Shown here in pieces: positions 50,601-64,000 of a stretch of 64,000 nt of DNA; position 1 is the stretch's first letter; each line of letters starts with the position of its first letter. The stretch is from Eledone cirrhosa (Eukaryota). The notes under the pieces were generated by a model that was given only the letters and a program-made list of their open reading frames with translations, was not told the DNA's origin and did no database searches. The position numbers were made by a program, and so were the translations under genes. The stretch lies in contig CAXHJY010000132.1 in assembly GCA_964016885.1 (NCBI GenBank), forward strand, positions 1-64,000, in the 5' to 3' direction.

Positions 50601-53600
50601 TCTCTACCTTGTCTTCCCTCAAAACTTCGTTCTTCACCAAGCTATCTTTCTCTACCTTGTCTTCCCTCAAAACTCCGTTCTTCATCAAGCTATCGTTCTC
50701 TACTTTGTCTTCCCTCAAAACGTCGTTCTTCACCGAGCTATCTTTCTCTACCTTGTCTTCCCTCAAAACGTCGTTCGTTCTTCACCAAGCTATCTTTCTC
50801 TACCTTGTCTTCCCCCAAAACTTCGTTCTTCACAAGCTATCCTTCTCTACCTTGTCTTCCCTCAAAACTTCGTTCTTGATCAAGCTATCTTTCTCTACCT
50901 TGTCTTCCCTCAAAACTTTGTTCTTCACCAAGCTATCTTTCTCTACCTTGTCTTCCCTCAAAACATCGTTCTTCACCAAGCTATCTTTCTCTACCTTGTC
51001 TTCCCTCAAAACTTCGTTCTTCACCAAGCTATCTTTCTCTACCTTGTCTTCCCCCAAAACATCGTTCTTCACCAAGCTATCTTTCTTTACCTTGTCTCCC
51101 CTCAAAACTTCGTTATTCACCAAGCTATCTTTCTCTACCTTGTCTTCCCTCAAAACTTCGTTCTTCACCAAGCTATCTTTCTCTACCTTGTCTTCCCTCA
51201 AAACTTCGTTCTTCACCAAGCTATCTTTCTCTACCTTGTCTTCCCCCAGAACATCGTTCTTCACCAATCTATCTTTCTCTACCTTGTCTTCCCTCAAAAC
51301 TTCGTTATTCACCAAGCTATCTTTCTCTACCTTGCCTTCCTGCAAAACTTCGTTCTTCATCAAGCTATCTTTCTCTACTTTGTCTTCCCTCAAAACATCG
51401 TTCGTTCTTTATCAAGCTATCTTTCTCTACCTTGTCTTCCCTCAAGACTTCGTTCGTCACCAAGCTATCTTTCTCTACATTGTCTTCCCCCAAAACTTCG
51501 TTCTTCATCAAGCTATCTTTCTCTACCTTGTCTTCCCTCAAAACGTCGTTCTTCACCAAGCTATCTTTCTCTACCTTGTCTTCCCACAAAACTTCGTTCT
51601 TCATCAAGCTATCTTTCTCTACCTTGTCTTCCCTCAAAACGTCGTTCTTCACCAAGCTATCTTTCTCTACCTTGTCTTCCCCCAAAACTTCGTTCTTCAA
51701 CAAGCTATCTTTCTCTACCTTGTCTACCCCCAAAACTTCGTTCTTCACCAAGCTATCTTTCTCTACCTTGTCTTCCCACAAAACTTCGTTCTTCACCAAG
51801 CTATCTCTCTCTACCTTGTCTTCCCACAAAACGTCGTTCTTCACCAAGCTATCTTTCGCTACCTTGTCTTCCCTCAAAACTTCGTTCTTCATCAAGCTAT
51901 CTTTCTCTACCTTGTCTTCCCTCAAAACTCCGTTCTTCACCAAGCTATCTTTCTCTACCTTGTCTTCCCTCAAAACTTCGCTCTTCACCAAGCTATCTTT
52001 CTCTACCTTGTCTTCCCTCAAAACTTCGTTCTTCACCAAGCTATCTTTCTCTACCTTGTCTTCCCTCAAAACTTCGTTCTTCACCAAGCTATCTTTCTCT
52101 ACCTTTTTTCCCCCCAAAACTTCGTTCTTCACCAAACTATCTTTCTCTACCTTGTCTTCCCTCAAAACTTCGTTCTTCACCAAGCTATCTTTCTCTACCT
52201 TGTCTTCCCTCAAAACTCCGTTCTTCATCAAGCTATCGTTCTCTACTTTGTCTTCCCTCAAAACGTCGTTCTTCACCTAGCTATCCTTCTCTACCTTGTC
52301 TTCCCTCAAAACGTCGTTCGTTCTTCACCAAGCTATCTTTCTCTACCTTGTGTACCCCCAAAACTTCGTTCTTCACAAGCTATCCTTCTCTACCTTGTCT
52401 TCCCTCAAAACTTCGTTCTTGATTAAGCTATCTTTCTCTACCTTGTCTTCCCTCAAAACTTTGTTCTTCACCAAGCTATCTTTCTCTACCTTGTCTTCCC
52501 TCAAAACTTCGTTCTTCACCAAGCTATCTTTCTCTACCTTGTCTTCCCCCAAAACATCGTTCTTCACCAAGCTATCTTTCTTTACCTTGTCTTCCCTCAA
52601 AACTTCGTTATTCACCAAGCTATCTTTCTCTACCTTGTCTTCCCTCAAAACTCCGTTCTTCATCAAGCTATCGTTCTCTACTTTGTCTTCCCTCAAAACG
52701 TCGTTCTTCACCAAGCTATCTTTCTCTACCTTGTCTTCCCTCAACACTTCGTTCGTTCTTCATCAAGCTATCATTCTCTACCTTGTCTTCCCCCAAAACT
52801 ACGTTCTTCACAAGCTATCTTTCTCTACCTTGTCTTCCCTCAAAACTTCGTTCTTCACCAAGCTATCTTTCTCTACCTTGTCTTCCCTCAAAATTTCGTT
52901 CTTCACCAAGCTATCTTTCTCTACCTTGTCTTCCCTCAAAACTTCGTTCTTCACCAAGCTATCTTTCTCTACCTTGTCTTCCCTCAAAACTTCGTTCTTC
53001 ACCAAGCTAACTTTCTCTACCTTGTCTTCCCTCAAAACTTCGTTCTTCATCAAGCTATCTTTCTCTACCTTGTCTTCCCTCAAAACTTCGTTCTTCACCA
53101 AGCTATCTTTCTCTACCTTGTCTTCCCTCAAAACTTCGTTCTTCACCAAGCTATCTTTCTCTACCTTGTCTTCCCTCAAAACTTCGTTCTTCACCAAGCT
53201 AACTTTCTCTACCTTGTCTTCCCTCAAAACTTCGTTCTTCATCAAGCTATCTTTCTCTACCTTGTCTTCCCTCAAAACTTCGTTCTTCACCAAGCTATAT
53301 TTCTCTACCTTTTTTTCCCCCAAAACTTCGTTCTTCACCAAACTATCTTTCTCTACCTTGTCTTCCCTCAAAACTTCGTTCTTCACCAAGCTATCTTTCT
53401 CTACCTTGTCTTCCCTCAAAACTCCGTTCTTCATCAAGCTATCGTTCTCTACTTTGTCTTCCCTCAAAACGTCGTTCTTCACCTAGCTATCTTTCTCTAC
53501 CTTGTCTTCCCTCAAAACGTCGTTCGTTCTTCACCAAGCTATCTTTCTTTACCTTGTCTTCCCCCAAAACTTCGTTCTTCACAAGCTATCCTTCTCTACC

Positions 53601-56600
53601 TTGTCTTCCCTCAAAACTTCGTTCTTGATCAAGCTATCTTTCTCTACCTTGTCTTCCCTCAAAACTTCGTTCTTCATCAAGCTATCTTTCTCTACCTTGT
53701 CTTCCCTCAAAACTTCGTTCTTCACCAAGCTATATTTCTCTACCTTTTTTTCCCCCAAAACTTCGTTCTTCACCAAACTATCTTTCTCTACCTTGTCTTC
53801 CCTCAAAACTTCGTTCTTCACCAAGCTATCTTTCTCTACCTTGTCTTCCCTCAAAACTCCGTTCTTCATCAAGCTATCGTTCTCTACTTTGTCTTCCCTC
53901 AAAACGTCGTTCTTCACCTAGCTATCTTTCTCTACCTTGTCTTCCCTCAAAACGTCGTTCGTTCTTTATCAAGCTATCTTTCTCTACCTTGTCTTCCCTC
54001 AAGACTTCGTTCGTCACCAAGCTATCTTTCTCTACATTGTCTTCCCCCAAAACTTCGTTCTTCATCAAGCTATCTTTCTCTACCTTGTCTTCCCTCAAAA
54101 CGTCGTTCTTCACCAAGCTATCTTTCTCTACCTTGTCTTCCCACAAAACTTCGTTCTTCATCAAGCTATCTTTCTCTACCGTGTCTTCCCTCAAAACTTT
54201 GTTCTTCACCAAGCTATCTTTCTCTACCTTGTCTTCCCTCAAAACTTCGTTCTTCACCAAGCTATCTTTCTCTACCTTGTCTTCCCTCAAAACTTCGTTC
54301 TTCACCAAGCTATCTTTCTCTAGCTTGTCTTCCCCCAAAACATCGTTCTTCACCAAGCTATCTTTCTTCACCTTGTCTTCCCTCAAAACTTCGTTATTCA
54401 CCAAGCTATCTTTCTCTACCTTGTCTCCCCTCAAAACTCCGTTCTTCATCAAGCTATCGTTCTCTACTTTGTCTTCCCTCAAAACGTCGTTCTTCACCAA
54501 GCTATCTTTCTCTACCTTGTCTTCCCTCAACACTTCGTTCGTTCTTCACCAAGCTATCTTTCTCTACCTTGTCTTCCCCCAAAACTACGTTCTTCACAAG
54601 CTATCTTTCTCTACCTTGTCTTCCCTCAAAACTTCGTTCTTCACCAAGCTATCTTTCTCTACCTTGTCTTCCCTCAAAATTTCGTTCTTCACCAAGCTAT
54701 CTTTCTCTACCTTGTCTTCCCTCATAACTTCGTTCTTCACCAAGCTATCTTTCTCTACCTTGTCTTCCCTCAAAACTTCGTTCTTCACCAAGCTAACTTT
54801 CTCTACCATGTCTTCCCTCAAAACTTCGTTCTTCATCAAGCTATCTTTCTCTACCTTGTCTTCCCTCAAAACTTCGTTCTTCACCAAGCTATCTTTCTCT
54901 ACCTTGTCTTCCCTCAAAACTTCGTTCTTCACCAAGCTATCTTTCTCTACCTTGTCTTCCCTCAAAACTTCGTTCTTCACCAAGCTAACTTTCTCTACCT
55001 TGTCTTCCCTCAAAACTTCGTTCTTCATCAAGCTATCTTTCTCTACCTTGTCTTCCCTCAAAACTTCGTTCTTCACCAAGCTATATTTCTCTACCTTTTT
55101 TTCCCCCAAAACTTCGTTCTTCACAAAACTATCTTTCTCTACCTTGTCTTCCCTCAAAACTTCGTTCTTCACCAAGCTATCTTTCTCTACCTTGTCTTCC
55201 CTCAAAACTCCGTTCTTCATCAAGCTATCGTTCTCTACTTTGTCTTCCCTCAAAACGTCGTTCTTCACCTAGCTATCTTTCTCTACCTTGTCTTCCCTCA
55301 AAACGTCGTTCGTTCTTCACCAAGCTATCTTTCTTTACCTTGTCTTCCCCCAAAACTTCGTTCTTCACAAGCTATCCTTCTCTACCTTGTCTTCCCTCAA
55401 AATTTCGTTCTTGATCAAGCTATCTTTCTCTCCCTTGTCTTCCCTCAAAACTTCGTTCTTCACCAAGCTAACTTTCTCTACCTTGTCTTCCCTCAAAACT
55501 TCGTTCTTCATCAAGCTATCTTTCTCTACCTTGTCTTCCCTCAAAACTTCGTTCTTCACCAAGCTATCTTTCTCTACCTTGTCTTCCCTCAAAACTTCGT
55601 TCTTCACCAAGCTATCTTTCTCTACCTTTTTTCCCCCCAAAACTTCGTTCTTCACCAAACTATCTTTCTCTACCTTGTCTTCCCTCAAAACTTCGTTCTT
55701 CACCAAGCTATCTTTCTCTACCTTGTCTTCCCTCAAAACTCCGTTCTTCATCAAGCTATCGTTCTCTACTTTGTCTTCCCTCAAAACGTCGTTCTTCACC
55801 TAGCTATCTTTCTCTACCTTTTTTCCCCCCAAAACTTCGTTCTTCACCAAACTATCTTTCTCTACCTTGTCTTCCCTCAAGACTTCGTTCGTCACCAAGC
55901 TATCTTTCTCTACATTGTCTTCCCCCAAAACTTCGTTCTTCATCAAGCTATCTTTCTCTACCTTGTCTTCCCTCAAAACGTCGTTCTTCACCAAGCTATC
56001 TTTCTCTACCTTGTCTTCCCACAAAACTTCGTTCTTCATCAAGCTATCTTTCTCTACCTTGTCTTCCCTCAAAACGTCGTTCTTCACCAAGCTATCTTTC
56101 TCTACCTTGTCTTCCCCCAAAACTTCGTTCTTCACCAAGCTATCTTTCTCTACCTTGTCTACCCCCAAAACTTCGTTCTTCACCAAGCTATCTTTCTCTA
56201 CCTTGTCTTCCCACAAAACTTCGTTCTTCACCAAGCTATCTCTCTCTACCTTGTCTTCCCACAAAACGTCGTTCTTCACCAAGCTATCTTTCGCTACCTT
56301 GTCTTCCCTCAAAACTTCGTTCTTCATCAAGCTATCTTTCTCTACCTTGTCTTCCCTCAAAACTTCGTTCTTCACCAAGCTATCTTTCTCTACCTTGTCT
56401 TCCCTCAAAACTTCGCTCTTCACCAAGCTATCTTTCTCTACCTTGTCTTCCCTCAAAACTTCGTTCTTCACCAAGCTATCTTTCTCTACCTTGTCTTCCC
56501 TCAAAACTTCGTTCTTCACCAAGCTATCTTTCTCTACCTTTTTTCCCCCCAAAACTTCGTTCTTCACCAAACTATCTTTCTCTACCTTGTCTTCCCTCAA

Positions 56601-59600
56601 AACTTCGTTCTTCACCAAGCTATCTTTCTCTACCTTGTCTTCCCTCAAAACTCCGTTCTTCATCAAGCTATCGTTCTCTACTTTGTCTTCCCTCAAAACG
56701 TCGTTCTTCACCTAGCTATCCTTCTCTACCTTGTCTTCCCTCAAAACGTCGTTCGTTCTTCACCAAGCTATCTTTCTCTACCTTGTGTACCCCCAAAACT
56801 TCGTTCTTCACAAGCTATCCTTCTCTACCTTGTCTTCCCTCAAAACTTCGTTCTTGATTAAGCTATCTTTCTCTACCTTGTCTTCCCTCAAAACTTTGTT
56901 CTTCACAAGCTATCTTTCTCTACCTTGTCTTCCCTCAAAACTTCGTTCTTCACCAAGCTATCTTTCTCTACCTTGTCTTCCCTCAAAATTTCGTTCTTCA
57001 CCAAGCTATCTTTCTCTACCTTGTCTTCCCTCATAACTTCGTTCTTCACCAAGCTATCTTTCTCTACCTTGTCTTCCCTCAAAACTTCGTTCTTCACCAA
57101 GCTAACTTTCTCTACCATGTCTTCCCTCAAAACTTCGTTCTTCATCAAGCTATCTTTCTCTACCTTGTCTTCCCTCAAAACTTCGTTCTTCACCAAGCTA
57201 TCTTTCTCTACCTTGTCTTCCCTCAAAACTTCGTTCTTCACCAAGCTATCTTTCTCTACCTTGTCTTCCCTCAAAACTTCGTTCTTCACCAAGCTAACTT
57301 TCTCTACCTTGTCTTCCCTCAAAACTTCGTTCTTCATCAAGCTATCTTTCTCTACCTTGTCTTCCCTCAAAACTTCGTTCTTCACCAAGCTATATTTCTC
57401 TACCTTTTTTTCCCCCAAAACTTCGTTCTTCACAAAACTATCTTTCTCTACCTTGTCTTCCCTCAAAACTTCGTTCTTCACCAAGCTATCTTTCTCTACC
57501 TTGTCTTCCCTCAAAACTCCGTTCTTCATCAAGCTATCGTTCTCTACTTTGTCTTCCCTCAAAACGTCGTTCTTCACCTAGCTATCTTTCTCTACCTTGT
57601 CTTCCCTCAAAACGTCGTTCGTTCTTCACCAAGCTATCTTTCTTTACCTTGTCTTCCCCCAAAACTTCGTTCTTCACAAGCTATCCTTCTCTACCTTGTC
57701 TTCCCTCAAAATTTCGTTCTTGATCAAGCTATCTTTCTCTCCCTTGTCTTCCCTCAAAACTTCGTTCTTCACCAAGCTAACTTTCTCTACCTTGTCTTCC
57801 CTCAAAACTTCGTTCTTCATCAAGCTATCTTTCTCTACCTTGTCTTCCCTCAAAACTTCGTTCTTCACCAAGCTATCTTTCTCTACCTTGTCTTCCCTCA
57901 AAACTTCGTTCTTCACCAAGCTATCTTTCTCTACCTTTTTTCCCCCCAAAACTTCGTTCTTCACCAAACTATCTTTCTCTACCTTGTCTTCCCTCAAAAC
58001 TTCGTTCTTCACCAAGCTATCTTTCTCTACCTTGTCTTCCCTCAAAACTCCGTTCTTCATCAAGCTATCGTTCTCTACTTTGTCTTCCCTCAAAACGTCG
58101 TTCTTCACCTAGCTATCTTTCTCTACCTTTTTTCCCCCCAAAACTTCGTTCTTCACCAAACTATCTTTCTCTACCTTGTCTTCCCTCAAGACTTCGTTCG
58201 TCACCAAGCTATCTTTCTCTACATTGTCTTCCCCCAAAACTTCGTTCTTCATCAAGCTATCTTTCTCTACCTTGTCTTCCCTCAAAACGTCGTTCTTCAC
58301 CAAGCTATCTTTCTCTACCTTGTCTTCCCACAAAACTTCGTTCTTCATCAAGCTATCTTTCTCTACCTTGTCTTCCCTCAAAACGTCGTTCTTCACCAAG
58401 CTATCTTTCTCTACCTTGTCTTCCCCCAAAACTTCGTTCTTCACCAAGCTATCTTTCTCTACCTTGTCTACCCCCAAAACTTCGTTCTTCACCAAGCTAT
58501 CTTTCTCTACCTTGTCTTCCCACAAAACTTCGTTCTTCACCAAGCTATCTCTCTCTACCTTGTCTTCCCACAAAACGTCGTTCTTCACCAAGCTATCTTT
58601 CGCTACCTTGTCTTCCCTCAAAACTTCGTTCTTCATCAAGCTATCTTTCTCTACCTTGTCTTCCCTCAAAACTTCGTTCTTCACCAAGCTATCTTTCTCT
58701 ACCTTGTCTTCCCTCAAAACTTCGCTCTTCACCAAGCTATCTTTCTCTACCTTGTCTTCCCTCAAAACTTCGTTCTTCACCAAGCTATCTTTCTCTACCT
58801 TGTCTTCCCTCAAAACTTCGTTCTTCACCAAGCTATCTTTCTATACCTTTTTTCCCCCCAAAACTTCGTTCTTCACCAAACTATCTTTCTCTACCTTGTC
58901 TTCCCTCAAAACTTCGTTCTTCACCAAGCTATCTTTCTCTACCTTGTCTTCCCTCAAAACTCCGTTCTTCATCAAGCTATCGTTCTCTACTTTGTCTTCC
59001 CTCAAAACGTCGTTCTTCACCTAGCTATCCTTCTCTACCTTGTCTTCCCTCAAAACGTCGTTCGTTCTTCACCAAGCTATCTTTCTCTACCTTGTGTACC
59101 CCCAAAACTTCGTTCTTCACAAGCTATCCTTCTCTACCTTGTCTTCCCTCAAAACTTCGTTCTTGATTAAGCTATCTTTCTCTACCTTGTCTTCCCTCAA
59201 AACTTTGTTCTTCACCAAGCTATCTTTCTCTACCTTGTCTTCCCTCAAAACTTCGTTCTTCACCAAGCTATCTTTCTCTACCTTGTCTTCCCCCAAAACA
59301 TCGTTCTTCACCAAGCTATCTTTCTTTACCTTGTCTTCCCTCAAAACTTCGTTATTCACCAAGCTATCTTTCTCTACCTTGTCTTCCCTCAAAACTCCGT
59401 TCTTCATCAAGCTATCGTTCTCTACTTTGTCTTCCCTCAAAACGTCGTTCTTCACCAAGCTATCTTTCTCTACCTTGTCTTCCCTCAACACTTCGTTCGT
59501 TCTTCATCAAGCTATCATTCTCTACCTTGTCTTCCCCCAAAACTACGTTCTTCACAAGCTATCTTTCTCTACCTTGTCTTCCCTCAAAACTTCGTTCTTC

Positions 59601-62600
59601 ACCAAGCTATCTTTCTCTACCTTGTCTTCCCTCAAAATTTCGTTCTTCACCAAGCTATCTTTCTCTACCTTGTCTTCCCTCAAAACTTCGTTCTTCACCA
59701 AGCTATCTTTCTCTACCTTGTCTTCCCTCAAAACTTCGTTCTTCACCAAGCTAACTTTCTCTACCTTGTCTTCCCTCAAAACTTCGTTCTTCATCAAGCT
59801 ATCTTTCTCTACCTTGTCTTCCCTCAAAACTTCGTTCTTCACCAAGCTATCTTTCTCTACCTTGTCTTCCCTCAAAACTTCGTTCTTCACCAAGCTATCT
59901 TTCGCTACCTTGTCTTCCCTCAAAACTTCGTTCTTCACCAAGCTAACTTTCTCTACCTTGTCTTCCCTCAAAACTTCGTTCTTCATCAAGCTATCTTTCT
60001 CTACCTTGTCTTCCCTCAAAACTTCGTTCTTCACCAAGCTATATTTCTCTACCTTTTTTTCCCCCAAAACTTCGTTCTTCACCAAACTATCTTTCTCTAC
60101 CTTGTCTTCCCTCAAAACTTCGTTCTTCACCAAGCTATCTTTCTCTACCTTGTCTTCCCTCAAAACTCCGTTCTTCATCAAGCTATCGTTCTCTACTTTG
60201 TCTTCCCTCAAAACGTCGTTCTTCACCTAGCTATCTTTCTCTACCTTGTCTTCCCTCAAAACGTCGTTCGTTCTTCACCAAGCTATCTTTCTTTACCTTG
60301 TCTTCCCCCAAAACTTCGTTCTTCACAAGCTATCCTTCTCTACCTTGTCTTCCCTCAAAACTTCGTTCTTGATCAAGCTATCTTTCTCTACCTTGTCTTC
60401 CCTCAAAACTTCGTTCTTCATCAAGCTATCTTTCTCTACCTTGTCTTCCCTCAAAACTTCGTTCTTCACCAAGCTATATTTCTCTACCTTTTTTTCCCCC
60501 AAAACTTCGTTCTTCACCAAACTATCTTTCTCTACCTTGTCTTCCCTCAAAACTTCGTTCTTCATCAAGCTATCTTTCTCTACCTTGTCTTCCCTCAAAA
60601 CTCCGTTCTTCATCAAGCTATCGTTCTCTACTTTGTCTTCCCTCAAAACGTCGTTCTTCACCTAGCTATCTTTCTCTACCTTGTCTTCCCTCAAAACGTC
60701 GTTCGTTCTTTATCAAGCTATCTTTCTCTACCTTGTCTTCCCTCAAGACTTCGTTCGTCACCAAGCTATCTTTCTCTACATTGTCTTCCCCCAAAACTTC
60801 GTTCTTCATCAAGCTATCTTTCTCTACCTTGTCTTCCCTCAAAACGTCGTTCTTCACCAAGCTATCTTTCTCTACCTTGTCTTCCCACAAAACTTCGTTC
60901 TTCATCAAGCTATCTTTCTCTACCGTGTCTTCCCTCAAAACTTTGTTCTTCACCAAGCTATCTTTCTCTACCTTGTCTTCCCTCAAAACTTCGTTCTTCA
61001 CCAAGCTATCTTTCTCTACCTTGTCTTCCCTCAAAACTTCGTTCTTCACCAAGCTATCTTTCTCTAGCTTGTCTTCCCCCAAAACATCGTTCTTCACCAA
61101 GCTATCTTTCTTCACCTTGTCTTCCCTCAAAACTTCGTTATTCACCAAGCTATCTTTCTCTACCTTGTCTCCCCTCAAAACTCCGTTCTTCATCAAGCTA
61201 TCGTTCTCTACTTTGTCTTCCCTCAAAACGTCGTTCTTCACCAAGCTATCTTTCTCTACCTTGTCTTCCCTCAACACTTCGTTCGTTCTTCACCAAGCTA
61301 TCTTTCTCTACCTTGTCTTCCCCCAAAACTACGTTCTTCACAAGCTATCTTTCTCTACCTTGTCTTCCCTCAAAACTTCGTTCTTCACCAAGCTATCTTT
61401 CTCTACCTTGTCTTCCCTCAAAATTTCGTTCTTCACCAAGCTATCTTTCTCTACCTTGTCTTCCCTCATAACTTCGTTCTTCACCAAGCTATCTTTCTCT
61501 ACCTTGTCTTCCCTCAAAACTTCGTTCTTCACCAAGCTAACTTTCTCTACCATGTCTTCCCTCAAAACTTCGTTCTTCATCAAGCTATCTTTCTCTACCT
61601 TGTCTTCCCTCAAAACTTCGTTCTTCACCAAGCTATCTTTCTCTACCTTGTCTTCCCTCAAAACTTCGTTCTTCACCAAGCTATCTTTCTCTACCTTGTC
61701 TTCCCTCAAAACTTCGTTCTTCACCAAGCTAACTTTCTCTACCTTGTCTTCCCTCAAAACTTCGTTCTTCATCAAGCTATCTTTCTCTACCTTGTCTTCC
61801 CTCAAAACTTCGTTCTTCACCAAGCTATATTTCTCTACCTTTTTTTCCCCCAAAACTTCGTTCTTCACAAAACTATCTTTCTCTACCTTGTCTTCCCTCA
61901 AAACTTCGTTCTTCACCAAGCTATCTTTCTCTACCTTGTCTTCCCTCAAAACTCCGTTCTTCATCAAGCTATCGTTCTCTACTTTGTCTTCCCTCAAAAC
62001 GTCGTTCTTCACCTAGCTATCTTTCTCTACCTTGTCTTCCCTCAAAACGTCGTTCGTTCTTCACCAAGCTATCTTTCTTTACCTTGTCTTCCCCCAAAAC
62101 TTCGTTCTTCACAAGCTATCCTTCTCTACCTTGTCTTCCCTCAAAATTTCGTTCTTGATCAAGCTATCTTTCTCTCCCTTGTCTTCCCTCAAAACTTCGT
62201 TCTTCACCAAGCTAACTTTCTCTACCTTGTCTTCCCTCAAAACTTCGTTCTTCATCAAGCTATCTTTCTCTACCTTGTCTTCCCTCAAAACTTCGTTCTT
62301 CACCAAGCTATCTTTCTCTACCTTGTCTTCCCTCAAAACTTCGTTCTTCACCAAGCTAACTTTCTCTACCTTTTTTCCCCCCAAAACTTCGTTCTTCACC
62401 AAACTATCTTTCTCTACCTTGTCTTCCCTCAAAACTTCGTTCTTCACCAAGCTATCTTTCTCTACCTTGTCTTCCCTCAAAACTCCGTTCTTCATCAAGC
62501 TATCGTTCTCTACTTTGTCTTCCCTCAAAACGTCGTTCTTCACCTAGCTATCTTTCTCTACCTTGTCTTCCCTCAAAACGTCGTTCGTTCTTCACCAAGC

Positions 62601-64000
62601 TATCTTTCTCTACCTTGTCTTCCCCCAAAACTTCGTTCTTCACAAGCTATCCTTCTCTACCTTGTCTTCCCTCAAAACTTCGTTCTTGATCAAGCTATCT
62701 TTCTCTACCTTGTCTTCCCTCAAAACTTTGTTCTTCACCAAGCTATCTTTCTCTACCTTGTCTTCCCTCAAAACTTCGTTCTTCACCAAGCTATCTTTCT
62801 CTACCTTGTCTTCCCTCAAAACTTCGTTCTTCACCAAGCTATCTTTCTCTACCTTGTCTTCCCCCAAAACATCGTTCTTCACCAAGCTATCTTTCTTTAC
62901 CTTGTCTCCCCTCAAAACTACGTTATTCACCAAGCTATCTTTCTCTACCTTGTCTTCCCTCAAAACTTCGTTCTTCACCAAGCTATCTTTCTCTACCTTG
63001 TCTTCCCTCAAAACTTCGTTCTTCACCAAGCTATCTTTCTCTACCTTGTCTTCCCCCAGAACATCGTTCTTCACCAATCTATCTTTCTCTACCTTGTCTT
63101 CCCTCAAAACTTCGTTATTCACCAAGCTATCTTTCTCTACCTTGCCTTCCTGCAAAACTTCGTTCTTCATCAAGCTATCTTTCTCTACTTTGTCTTCCCT
63201 CAAAACATCGTTCGTTCTTTATCAAGCTATCTTTCTCTACCTTGTCTTCCCTCAAGACTTCGTTCGTCACCAAGCTATCTTTCTCTACATTGTCTTCCCC
63301 CAAAACTTCGTTCTTCATCAAGCTATCTTTCTCTACCTTGTCTTCCCTCAAAACGTCGTTCTTCACCAAGCTATCTTTCTCTACCTTGTCTTCCCACAAA
63401 ACTTCGTTCTTCATCAAGCTATCTTTCTCTACCTTGTCTTCCCTCAAAACGTCGTTCTTCACCAAGCTATCTTTCTCTACCTTGTCTTCCCCCAAAACTT
63501 CGTTCTTCACCAAGCTATCTTTCTCTACCTTGTCTACCCCCAAAACTTCGTTCTTCACCAAGCTATCTTTCTCTACCTTGTCTTCCCACAAAACTTCGTT
63601 CTTCACCAAGCTATCTCTCTCTACCTTGTCTTCCCACAAAACGTCGTTCTTCACCAAGCTATCTTTCGCTACCTTGTCTTCCCTCAAAACTTCGTTCTTC
63701 ATCAAGCTATCTTTCTCTACCTTGTCTTCCCTCAAAACTTCGTTCTTCACCAAGCTATCTTTCTCTACCTTGTCTTCCCTCAAAACTTCGCTCTTCACCA
63801 AGCTATCTTTCTCTACCTTGTCTTCCCTCAAAACTTCGTTCTTCACCAAGCTATCTTTCTCTACCTTGTCTTCCCTCAAAACTTCGTTCTTCACCAAGCT
63901 ATCTTTCTCTACCTTTTTTCCCCCCAAAACTTCGTTCTTCACCAAACTATCTTTCTCTACCTTGTCTTCCCTCAAAACTTCGTTCTTCACCAAGCTATCT
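29660..64000. repeat. 48-bp satellite array, ~715 monomers, running past the window end, with higher-order repeats
   Basis: Consensus CTATCTTTCTCTACCTTGTCTTCCCTCAAAACTTCGTTCTTCACCAAG (36/48 pyrimidines on +). Monomers typically differ by 0-3 substitutions; no insertions of foreign sequence seen. Confidence 0.99.

Noticed and set aside
29656-64000. Long ORFs (up to 734 aa) on both strands as an intact giant repeat protein gene
   Set aside because: A 48-bp unit with stop-free frames yields such ORFs automatically. Recurrent TAG variants and indels break every frame, and substitutions show no obvious synonymous bias.
29660-64000. CRISPR-like array
   Set aside because: Monomers are head-to-tail with no unique spacers, there are no cas genes, and the context is eukaryotic.

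Overview
Eukaryotic, AT-rich, microsatellite-dense and repeat-saturated DNA. The tRNA-derived SINE and the retroelement mix resemble an octopus/coleoid mollusc (inference, not checked). No intact host gene is evident. 1-12 kb holds microsatellites, two Penelope-like element (PLE) fragments with hammerhead-like motifs, a SINE, one candidate host exon, a 2-kb (GGT)n tract, a decayed CRE-clade retrotransposon and a 5'-truncated L1/Tx1 element. 12-22 kb is a tandem array of about 15-16 units of ~635 bp; most units carry an imperfect long hairpin and about half keep a 65-aa ORF. 22-29.4 kb holds an oppositely oriented, 3'-truncated L1/Tx1 element and an R4/Dong element lacking its endonuclease. From 29.66 kb to the window end runs a 48-bp satellite (~715 monomers) with variable higher-order structure, preceded by a compact multi-branch fold-back with a cUUCGg tetraloop. 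The best leads are that fold-back at the satellite edge, the hairpin/short-ORF array, and a frame-compensating indel pair in the 48-mer array. All alignments and foldings were done by eye.
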